Source: Polyangiales bacterium
GTDB lineage: Bacteria; Myxococcota_A; Polyangia; Polyangiales; Ga0077539
DNA length: 64,000 bases
Direction of reading: 5' to 3'
Assembly (NCBI GenBank): GCA_044229975.1
Contig: JBGARZ010000006.1
Span: 352,001 to 416,000 of the forward strand
Below are positions 10,109 to 17,370 of this stretch, one piece after another. The translations under genes were made by a program, and so were the position numbers. Below the pieces are notes generated by a model. That model saw nothing but the letters and a program-made list of their open reading frames with translations. It made no database searches and was not told where the DNA came from. Positions within the stretch are counted from its first letter, which is position 1; every line of letters begins with the position of its first letter.

Positions 10109-11143
10109 GTGACGACGCACCCCGCCCGCTTCGCTCTCCTCGCCGCCCTGTTCGGGTGCTCCTCCACCCCGACCGTTGCTTCCGACGCCTCCGTCTCATC
10201 GGACATCGCCCATATCGCCGTCGACATTCCTTCGGCCGATGTCCCTTCGAGCGATATTCCTTCTGTCGACGCTCCGTCGATAGCCGATATTTCTCCCATG
10301 ACCGATGACGCGCCCGCCCAGGGTTGTGGCGTGTGCGCGACCCGACCCGAGCCCGAGACCTCCGGCTTCCTCACCGACAACGACCTCGACGAGCTCTCTG
10401 GCATCGTCGAGAGCCGCGCCCAGCCCGGCATCTTCTTTGTTCACAACGACTCTGGCGACTCGGCCCGCTTCTTCGCCATCGACCGCACCGGAACCCGCCG
10501 CGCCACCTTCGTCCTCCGCGGCGCCACTGCTGTCGACTGGGAGGACATCGCCATCGGCCCGTGCCCCGCCGGAACCTGCCTCTACCTCGGCGACATTGGT
10601 GACAACGACCTCGTACGCCCTGGCTACTCCCTCTATCGTGTCGCGCAGCCCACCGTCCCGGACGGAACCTCCGCCAACCGTGATGTCCCCTGGGAGCGCT
10701 TCACCTTCACGTATCCCGACGGCCGCCACAACTCCGAGGCGCTGGCCATCCGTCCCGACACGGGTGACGTCTATGTCTTCACCAAGGTCACCACGCTGCC
10801 CTCGGTGATCTATCGCTTCCCGCAGCCGTTGCGTGTCGACGCATCGATGACCCTCACGCGCGTTGGCGAGCTCGCTCTTCCGGCTGGGAGTTCGGGCCTG
10901 GTCACGGGCGCCGACATCCACCCGTGCGCGGCGCGCTTGTTGGTTCGCACCTACGATCGCCTGTGGGAGTTCGGCAATGCGAGCGCTTCGTGGGAAGACC
11001 TCTTCCGCGCCGCTCCCGCGCGCATGCTGGTGCAGACCGAAAACCAGGGCGAGGCTGTTGGATGGCACTCCGACGGCCGCGGCTATGTGACCATCTCCGA
11101 AGGGCGGGGGCAGGGCCTCCACGACGCGCACTGCCCGCGCTGA
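10109..11143 (+). CDS. Lipoprotein, conserved beta-propeller-type hypothetical
   Basis: LAALFGC lipobox; ELSGI, HNDSGD, DWEDIA, GDIGDN and QGEAV motifs. Confidence 0.8.
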   Translation: MTTHPARFALLAALFGCSSTPTVASDASVSSDIAHIAVDIPSADVPSSDIPSVDAPSIADISPMTDDAPAQGCGVCATRPEPETSGFLTDNDLDELSGIVESRAQPGIFFVHNDSGDSARFFAIDRTGTRRATFVLRGATAVDWEDIAIGPCPAGTCLYLGDIGDNDLVRPGYSLYRVAQPTVPDGTSANRDVPWERFTFTYPDGRHNSEALAIRPDTGDVYVFTKVTTLPSVIYRFPQPLRVDASMTLTRVGELALPAGSSGLVTGADIHPCAARLLVRTYDRLWEFGNASASWEDLFRAAPARMLVQTENQGEAVGWHSDGRGYVTISEGRGQGLHDAHCPR

Positions 11144-11190
11144 TTCCCCTCTCCCGCCGCATCTTCGCCCTCGCCCTCGCCCTCATTGGG

Positions 11191-11283
11191 CCTACGCCGC
11201 GGCGTCAGCCCATTCGTGAGACCGGTCGGTCGCGCGCTGTCGCTGCGCGTGGCAGTCCCTCGGACCTACGCCGCGGCATCAGC
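11191..11283. repeat. 19-bp direct repeat pair at the distal end of the cassette array
   Basis: cctacgccgcggcgtcagc (11191-11209) and cctacgccgcggcatcagc (11265-11283). Confidence 0.7.
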
Positions 11284-11333
11284 GCGGCGCGCACCGGTCA
11301 GGCCTGCAACGATCGCTCTCCGTCCCTCACCCG

Positions 11334-11813
11334 TCATTCCCTGATCGAGAAGGCACCGACTGCGTGGTCGCGCACGGTCCCCTCGACGACAACCACAGCC
11401 GGGGACGCCCCAATGTGTACGATCAGATAGCGGGTCAACGAGTGCGGACCGAAGTGCGTACAGCACACGAAGAAAAACGCGACGTCGTCGATGGTCTCAT
11501 CGGCGTGCGACGTGGTCATGACGTGTTCGTCGTCCGACCAGCCATCGGGGGAGTCCTCGAAGCCCATGATGAACTCGGTATCGAATGAAGACTCCCACGC
11601 CTGACATTGCATGCCGCCGCAGACGGCATAGCGACAGCCCGCATCGAGGAGCGCCCTCGCCACGGCTGCCCTTCGCTCGCCGTCAAAGGAACCATCGTGG
11701 TCCCACACGAGGCACGGGAAGGTGACCCCTTCGAACGGGACCACGAGGTCATCGGGCGCGGCGATGGACACCGCGTCGAGCCGTCGGTCGCCGATCTCCA
11801 GGAGAGTGGTCAA
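11334..11813 (-). CDS. Cassette ORF, hypothetical protein
   Basis: 159-aa ORF with GCRYAVCGG...W and VMTTSH.DE motifs; follows the degenerate attC. Confidence 0.75.
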   Translation of the reverse strand: MTTLLEIGDRRLDAVSIAAPDDLVVPFEGVTFPCLVWDHDGSFDGERRAAVARALLDAGCRYAVCGGMQCQAWESSFDTEFIMGFEDSPDGWSDDEHVMTTSHADETIDDVAFFFVCCTHFGPHSLTRYLIVHIGASPAVVVVEGTVRDHAVGAFSIRE

Positions 11814-11824
11814 TGGTCTCTACT

Positions 11825-11876
11825 CGTCAACGCGTGGTCGATGTACCACCACGGGCGCTGCCATCAGCTCTGGTGC
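11825..11876 (-). other. Degenerate, internally deleted attC site
   Basis: cgtcaacgcgtggtcgatgtaccaccac aligns to the attC arm gcccaacggctggccgatgtgccgccgc; ccatcagct matches ccatcggct. Confidence 0.55.
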
Positions 11877-12214
11877 GGGGCGGCGGGGCTCTGCACGAAG
11901 AGCCGCGTCTGCGCTTCGTTCGAGTCGCCGCGGTTCGTCGTGACGACGACGGCGCCCGCCGCGATGCCAGCGGCGGATCGGGTCACCACCCAGCTCCAGC
12001 GCGTGAGCACCGCGAGGGGCTCGTGCAGTGCCCGCGGGTCGCGACCCAGCGGCCCCCACAGCGACGGGTCACAATACAGGATGCCCGTGGTGCGATCGAG
12101 CACGAGCGCGGACTCGCCAGTGGCGTCCGGGGAGCTCTTCAACCAGGCGACGAGCACCTCGTGTCCACGCGGGACGGCTGCGACGAACGGGAGTTCTAGA
12201 ACTTGTGCGTCCAT
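11864..12214 (-). CDS. Cassette ORF, hypothetical protein
   Basis: 116-aa ORF with AAGGA RBS, directly after attC 12297-12387. Confidence 0.7.
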   Translation of the reverse strand: MDAQVLELPFVAAVPRGHEVLVAWLKSSPDATGESALVLDRTTGILYCDPSLWGPLGRDPRALHEPLAVLTRWSWVVTRSAAGIAAGAVVVTTNRGDSNEAQTRLFVQSPAAPHQS

Positions 12215-12296
12215 TGTGAGTTTCCTTGTATCTCGGCGGCCGTACGCATTCGGTGCAGAGCCGCCTGTACCGGAGTCATCGGATCAGACCTCGCCT

Positions 12297-12387
12297 GTCC
12301 AACGGATGGCCGATATGCCACCGCAGCGAGCCGAGTGGGTGTTCGTTGAGGTGAGTGGGGGCGGTCGGCACCATCGGCTTGTTGGAC
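12297..12387 (-). other. attC site (91 bp)
   Basis: GTCCAAC...GTTGGAC ends with internal L-box inverted repeat; begins 7 bp after the toxin stop. Confidence 0.9.
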
Positions 12388-12393
12388 ACGCCG

Positions 12394-12681
12394 TCACCTG
12401 CCCTGCCAGTAGCCTGGTTGCCGCTTGGCGTGAGTAATGGCTACCACGAGGATACGTGTCGGCTCATCACGGTAGAGGATGGCATAGGGAAATCTGGACA
12501 GGAGTGCCCGACGCACATCGAGGTAGATTGGCCAGCGATCCGGCGCCTCGACGATGAGCCCAAGAGTCACGTCGAGTTCTTCAACAAAACGCGCCGCCAC
12601 TCGCGGATCGCGTTCCGCATACCATGCCGCGGCGTCCTCGCTTTCAACGAGGGCGCGCGGGTGCAGCTCAAGGGGTTTCAC
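12394..12681 (-). CDS. Type II toxin, RelE/ParE family
   Basis: HPRA...AAWY...RRALLSRFPYAILY...VAITHAKRQPGYW. Confidence 0.92.
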   Translation of the reverse strand: MKPLELHPRALVESEDAAAWYAERDPRVAARFVEELDVTLGLIVEAPDRWPIYLDVRRALLSRFPYAILYRDEPTRILVVAITHAKRQPGYWQGR

Positions 12682-12919
12682 GTCGACCGTTCGCCGCGGC
12701 GAGAATGCGGCGCCGGGCCTCGGCCCACGGGATTGGCGTCACCGCTCCCGAGTCCACCTCCGCTAGCCGTCGTTGGGCTTCCTCAGCCCATGCCCGTTCG
12801 ACCCCTTCGTCAGCCGGACCGAGATCGTCGAGGCTATCAAGCAACTCAGCGACGACCGCCGCGCGCTCGGTGGCCGGCAGTTGCAGCGCAGCAGCCAAAA
12901 CATGTTCAACGTCGTTCAT
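12668..12919 (-). CDS. Addiction-module antitoxin
   Basis: ALQLPATERA...LLDSL...AWAEEAQRR...IPW; overlaps the toxin start. Confidence 0.9.
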   Translation of the reverse strand: MNDVEHVLAAALQLPATERAAVVAELLDSLDDLGPADEGVERAWAEEAQRRLAEVDSGAVTPIPWAEARRRILAAANGRRETP

Positions 12920-12987
12920 GGGTTGGTTCTACTCCTCCTCACGCGGGGTCGCGAGTTCGCTCGGCCAACACGCCGCTCGCCGAGGCT

Positions 12988-13079
12988 GCCCAACGGCTGG
13001 CCGATGTGCCGTCGCAGCAAGCGGGGGCGACGATCCTCGGGGATGGGTAGAGGCGGTCGGCACCATCGGCTTGTTGGGA
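12988..13079 (-). other. attC site (92 bp)
   Basis: Plus-strand GCCCAAC...GTTGGGA with conserved arms. Confidence 0.9.
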
Positions 13080-13093
13080 GGCTACGCCACGAC

Positions 13094-13429
13094 TCACTTC
13101 CTGCGTGGGTTGGGAGGCTCAGTCGTGAACAGCCGTCGGAGCCATGACCCATACGCCCACTTGCGCCACCTTGCCATCGTCGCGGCGTACCGAACGAACG
13201 CTACCTCGTCGGTAAAGACCTCGGCTTCGTGCTCGCCCACGGTGTCGGTCAGAGACACCTCCGCAAAAGGAAATGCTCGCAACAGATCGTCCTTCGTCGC
13301 GATGGCCGCTTCACGAGTCGCGAACGTCGGCCGAAAGGACACCGCACCGGAACAACGGTCTCCATGCGAGTCCAAGATGATACCCGTCTCGACCTCGGCG
13401 AGAAGCAGGGTGTAGCGCCCGTCACCCAT
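13094..13429 (-). CDS. Cassette ORF, hypothetical protein
   Basis: Single ORF filling the space between two attC sites. Confidence 0.7.
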   Translation of the reverse strand: MGDGRYTLLLAEVETGIILDSHGDRCSGAVSFRPTFATREAAIATKDDLLRAFPFAEVSLTDTVGEHEAEVFTDEVAFVRYAATMARWRKWAYGSWLRRLFTTEPPNPRRK

Positions 13430-13481
13430 CGCACCCCAGGCAGTCGTCGGGGCCACCGCCCCGCGGGCCCGATGGGTGTCC

Positions 13482-13572
13482 GCCCAACGGCTGGCCGATG
13501 TGCCGCCGCAACGGACGCGGCGGGTTGACGACGCGTGAAGCGGTAGCGGTCGGCAGCATCGGCTTGTTGGGC
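13482..13572 (-). other. attC site (91 bp)
   Basis: GCCCAAC...GTTGGGC; minus-strand L boxes GATGCTGC / GCACATC. Confidence 0.92.
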
Positions 13573-13662
13573 ACGCCGCCCGCTGCCCTGTCGATGCGTA
13601 TGTGCGCCGTCACGCCGTTGCCCTCCGTGAACTCCGTAGTACCGGACTCAAGACGATCGACA

Positions 13663-14214
13663 TCAGTCGCGCTTCCATAACGAGAGGAATTCCGCGGCTA
13701 CCACCAACGATCGGCCGCTGTCGGAGAACCCGAATGCCCGTAGTTCGGGCCAATCCTTGACCAACAGGAACTCCCTGTCCGGTTCGCTGGATGGGTCGTC
13801 GTAGGGGACTTTGAGCACCAAGCTTTCACAAGGCCAGTTGGGCGCGACTCGACGGACATTCCATCCGTCTGGGGTGAAGGCCTTGAGCCCTCCCCCCCAC
13901 AAGCCAGCAACGGGGATGCGCTGCCCGGCGAGCGGCCCGATGCCGACAACCGACACGGGGTAAGGGTCGCGCTCGCCCTCCGCGCTGCCGCTGTGGCCGG
14001 GTTCGTCGGCCAAGGTGTCGCCCGTCTTGGCGTCGACCACGGTCAGTCCGTTGTGGGTCAGCACAACCAGCCACTCAGTGCCCGGCGCGAAACCCATTGC
14101 GACGGGCATCTCGAAGAACTCCTCCACGGGCACCACCACCCAAGGGGGCGGCGAACTGACCCTCTGTCGACTTCGCCACTCCGCACGAATCTTTCGGATG
14201 TGTCGATTGGTCAT
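13663..14214 (-). CDS. Cassette ORF, hypothetical beta-rich protein
   Basis: GIGPLAGQRIPVAGLWGGGL...ELRAFGFSDSG; lies between attC sites. Confidence 0.75.
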   Translation of the reverse strand: MTNRHIRKIRAEWRSRQRVSSPPPWVVVPVEEFFEMPVAMGFAPGTEWLVVLTHNGLTVVDAKTGDTLADEPGHSGSAEGERDPYPVSVVGIGPLAGQRIPVAGLWGGGLKAFTPDGWNVRRVAPNWPCESLVLKVPYDDPSSEPDREFLLVKDWPELRAFGFSDSGRSLVVAAEFLSLWKRD

Positions 14215-14291
14215 TGAATCTTCGATCCTGATCGAAGGGCACTGTCGTGGTTGTCGTCGCACTCACGCTGCCAACCCGTAGGACCGAGGCT

Positions 14292-14382
14292 GCCCAACGG
14301 CTGGCCGATGTGCCGCCGCACTGGGTGAAGCGGATTGGCGGCGGGTGCATTGTGCGCGGTCGGCACCATCGGCTTGTTGGGC
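14292..14382 (-). other. attC site (91 bp)
   Basis: GCCCAAC...GTTGGGC; L boxes GATGGTGC / GCACATC; begins 7 bp after the stop. Confidence 0.92.
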
Positions 14383-14388
14383 GGCCCC

Positions 14389-15138
14389 TCAATAGCAAGC
14401 GTCGTGAGTGGCATCTTGATCGAGTTCCAGATCAATCACAGGCAGTCGTCGATCGAGCCAGAGTCCCGCTGGTGTGAAGGCAATCGCAGCCTTCGTGCCT
14501 CCCACGGACTGAACGCGACCGGCCGCCGTCAGGGTTTGAGCCACTATATCAACAGCCAACTCATTGAATGAAACTCGGTCATCTAGTGACTTAAATGGCC
14601 ACGAAAGCCCCAGAGCTTTCAGGTTCATGGCGTAATTTTCAAGGCCCGGAATGAGCGTGTTGTAAAATGGATGGTATCCGTTACGAAGCACTGCACGCTC
14701 TGCAATGCAAGGATTGTCCTTGTGCAGTGCGTGCTGCGACGGTGTCGCTCCGTGATGCCCAGTGTGCACATGATAGAGCACGGGGTTGCCGTCTTCGTAT
14801 CCAGCGACATGAACCCCTCCCCGCAATTTCTCCCAACTCCGCCCGTCTGCATTCCCCGCTTCTGCGAGAAGACTGGCGAGTTTTGCCCCAGCCGTAGATG
14901 GCGTATCACTGCCAGTGAGTTGGTCGCTGAACTCTTTCACTAATTGATCGCACTGTCTGGAACCAAAGCGAGCGTTTCCCCAAACGGCAAATCCAATATT
15001 TGAATCCGCAGAATAATGTATCTTGGAGGCCCCGAATCGAATCTCGATTGGCCTGTCTGGCCTCGTCACCGTGATAGCTGAGTCACCCACAAGCACGCAG
15101 CCGAACGCGGCCGAAACCTCAGATACTACGAGTGTCAT
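14389..15138 (-). CDS. Cassette ORF, putative N-terminal-threonine (proteasome beta-like) hydrolase
   Basis: Met-Thr start, GDSAIT, SKI, VAGY and C-terminal SVGG motifs; AAGGAAG RBS just inside the cassette. Confidence 0.6.
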   Translation of the reverse strand: MTLVVSEVSAAFGCVLVGDSAITVTRPDRPIEIRFGASKIHYSADSNIGFAVWGNARFGSRQCDQLVKEFSDQLTGSDTPSTAGAKLASLLAEAGNADGRSWEKLRGGVHVAGYEDGNPVLYHVHTGHHGATPSQHALHKDNPCIAERAVLRNGYHPFYNTLIPGLENYAMNLKALGLSWPFKSLDDRVSFNELAVDIVAQTLTAAGRVQSVGGTKAAIAFTPAGLWLDRRLPVIDLELDQDATHDACY

Positions 15139-15151
15139 GGTTCTTCCTTCC

Positions 15152-15237
15152 GCCCAACGGCTAGCCTATGTGTCGCCGCAACGGGCGTGATGATTTGATA
15201 GTTGGTGACGGCGGTCGGCCACATCGGCTTGTTGGGC
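15152..15237 (-). other. attC site (86 bp)
   Basis: GCCCAAC...GTTGGGC with slightly diverged arms. Confidence 0.88.
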
Positions 15238-15251
15238 GGTTGCTCGCTTCG

Positions 15252-17030
15252 CTATGTGAAAAGGGCCATCAGCGCTTTTGTCTGCTTAAGTCCTTCCACC
15301 TTCACGGTATCGGATCCCCGCCGCGCATAAACGATGTCGCCCACATCAGAAAGAGATTTTTGGGACGGAATCCAAATGCAAACGACTGACAAGCCGCGGT
15401 AAACGATGCAGTCAACACTGCTAAGCACAGCAGTCTTAAGAGGTTCGCTCAGTTTCGAGTTTTCGATGTGGCGGATGATCTCTCGATTGTAATTCTCAAG
15501 GGATACCGCAAGGGCCGATGCTTCACGATCGATCCCTACGCAGAACCGTTCTCCAACATGAACGGCCTTGATACCATAGAGCGATTCGATGCGGTCTTTG
15601 TCTGTAGCTTTGTCCGCCACGCCCACGAAAATCGCACCGCTAGAGGTCGGGCCGAGATTAGCGATACCACAGATGGTGTTGACAATCTTCTCGAGGATAT
15701 TCGGATCCTTGGTGTGTCCTTCGTCGAGACGGAGCATGCCCTGTTTGCACTCGAATGCGTTGGTTTCGATCCGCGATCGCCTCAATGCGTTTTCGAACGC
15801 AATCGCTGCGCCTGCGCCATGACTCAATACAGGTGGGTCCTTGTCCTCGAATTGATCTTGGATCAGCCCTTTGATCGTGTTGATGTTTTGGAGGCGAGGC
15901 TCGCTGCGAATTTGCCCTGCAGCGATGTTTAGTTTGTCGTGTGCTCCTTGGAGAGATCGGACAATCGCGGTCTTGTCCTTTGGACTTCGACGCTGTCTCA
16001 CGCACAAATCGAAGAACGCCATGAAGACTGCAAAAAACGCCGTCTTTGCAGGATTCGGGTTCCCTGGACTCACGATCCGCCGAAATGCCGTAGCTGAGTC
16101 GTCCACACTCTCAATCACGTCACGAATGATAGCAATCGTGGAAAGAATCTCGTGCTTCAGGCGGGTGCCTCCGTACGTCGCCAGTTGGGCGTTGAGTTCC
16201 CGATATTCAGAGGTCGTCGCATTGTAGATCCCATCCAAGGCTCCGCCGGAGAACGCAAACGGCTTCCCTTGAAGGACTGAAATTGCGAGATCCGCCACCA
16301 TCTGCTCATCCTCGCTTTCGCGCAACTGGCTGCGACGTAAGATACCCTGCTTACACCAGAAGGTATCGTCAGCCTTGATTCGGTAGGAGGGCATGTCGCC
16401 GCCAGCGTCCACACTGATCTCTGGCATCTGTGCGAGGTCAAGCGACTCGCTCGAGACATCCCCACGAATTTCTGCTGAAAGCTCACGAACGGCCGTCGCA
16501 AAGGGCGTGATGACACCAGCCTGCCGGCGCTCTTGGTCACTAAGTTGCCGCCCATAGGCGTTGATTCTCCCGAAGACCTCCGTCACTGACTGTTCGTTGT
16601 TCGCCGGGAATTCAGTCACGGCGAGAGTGTACTCCAGAAACCTGGCACACTCATCGGCACTAAAGAGGGCGCTCTCCTTAGGTACTGGAGGGATTTTACC
16701 TTCGTCCGCGAGTGACCGCGCTCGCGCCAACTGCGAGACGTCGAAGTACCTCCCATTGACTGGAAACGCATCCTCGATGAATGAAAATATAGCGTTGAGT
16801 CTCTGCATTCCATCCAGAATCTCGAAGCTCTTGTTTCCGTCCTCCCGAAGTGTGTATGCCAACAGCAGCAGAGGAATAGGGAACCCCTGGAGGATAGAGT
16901 CAACCAGCTTCTGTTTCTCTTCGATGCTCCACACCAGCTTCCGCTGGTACCTTCGATTCACTCGGAAGTTCCCGTCCCGAAACTCTCGATATGCCTCTTG
17001 GACACTCATTCCGCGCGGCGTAACACTCAT
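15252..17030 (-). CDS. DUF262 (GmrS/ParB-like) + AlbA_2/Schlafen domain protein, first cassette
   Basis: YQRKLVW, DGMQRL and VFGRIN (DUF262); ETNAFECK, ICGIAN and GAIFVGVAD (AlbA_2); AT-richer than the host. Confidence 0.85.
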   Translation of the reverse strand: MSVTPRGMSVQEAYREFRDGNFRVNRRYQRKLVWSIEEKQKLVDSILQGFPIPLLLLAYTLREDGNKSFEILDGMQRLNAIFSFIEDAFPVNGRYFDVSQLARARSLADEGKIPPVPKESALFSADECARFLEYTLAVTEFPANNEQSVTEVFGRINAYGRQLSDQERRQAGVITPFATAVRELSAEIRGDVSSESLDLAQMPEISVDAGGDMPSYRIKADDTFWCKQGILRRSQLRESEDEQMVADLAISVLQGKPFAFSGGALDGIYNATTSEYRELNAQLATYGGTRLKHEILSTIAIIRDVIESVDDSATAFRRIVSPGNPNPAKTAFFAVFMAFFDLCVRQRRSPKDKTAIVRSLQGAHDKLNIAAGQIRSEPRLQNINTIKGLIQDQFEDKDPPVLSHGAGAAIAFENALRRSRIETNAFECKQGMLRLDEGHTKDPNILEKIVNTICGIANLGPTSSGAIFVGVADKATDKDRIESLYGIKAVHVGERFCVGIDREASALAVSLENYNREIIRHIENSKLSEPLKTAVLSSVDCIVYRGLSVVCIWIPSQKSLSDVGDIVYARRGSDTVKVEGLKQTKALMALFT

Positions 17031-17202
17031 CTTGCCCTCTTTTCTATCCTCTCTCTGTCGCAGGGTCGGATCAAGGTTTGCTTGGCAAGGGAGTGCCATG
17101 TCGAAGACTCAAGCTCGCCCGGCCGATTCTGGCGTACTGGAGTCGTGTTGTCATTGAGTATCGACGCACTGCCGGAGAGGATTGTAGATCGCTGCGACGC
17201 CC

Positions 17203-17230
17203 GCCCAACATCTCATTCACCCGCGCGCCC
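17203..17230 (-). other. Putative attI-like recombination point at the start of the array
   Basis: Minus-strand GTTGGGCGG with no attC arms; complementary to the CCGCCCAAC of the first cassette's own attC. Confidence 0.6.
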
Positions 17231-17249
17231 ACTACCGAATCCCGCCCTG

Positions 17250-17347
17250 GCGCTGCTCGCCCGCTTGCTGCCCAAATCCATATCCCCGTTCGCGTTGTTC
17301 GCCCGCTCGCTGCCGAGTTCCACAACCCCATTCGCGCGTCGTTCGCC
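17250..17347. repeat. Imperfect 42-44 bp tandem repeats upstream of the attI-like site
   Basis: gcgctgctcgcccgcttgctgcc at 17250, gcgttgttcgcccgctcgctgcc at 17292, partial gcgtcgttcgcc at 17336. Confidence 0.65.
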
Positions 17348-17370
17348 TATGCCCATCCCCCCCACGCCCA

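Larger units (their letters stand above)
11334..17209 (-). mobile_element. Integron gene-cassette array without an adjacent integrase (CALIN-like), about 7 cassettes
   Basis: Five related attC sites separate co-oriented, lower-GC ORFs; includes a TA cassette; no tyrosine recombinase seen in the window. Confidence 0.92.

Noticed and set aside
12297..15237. Repeats read as a CRISPR array or REP elements
   Set aside because: Copies are ~90 bp, separated by whole genes and show attC R/L-box structure; no cas genes seen
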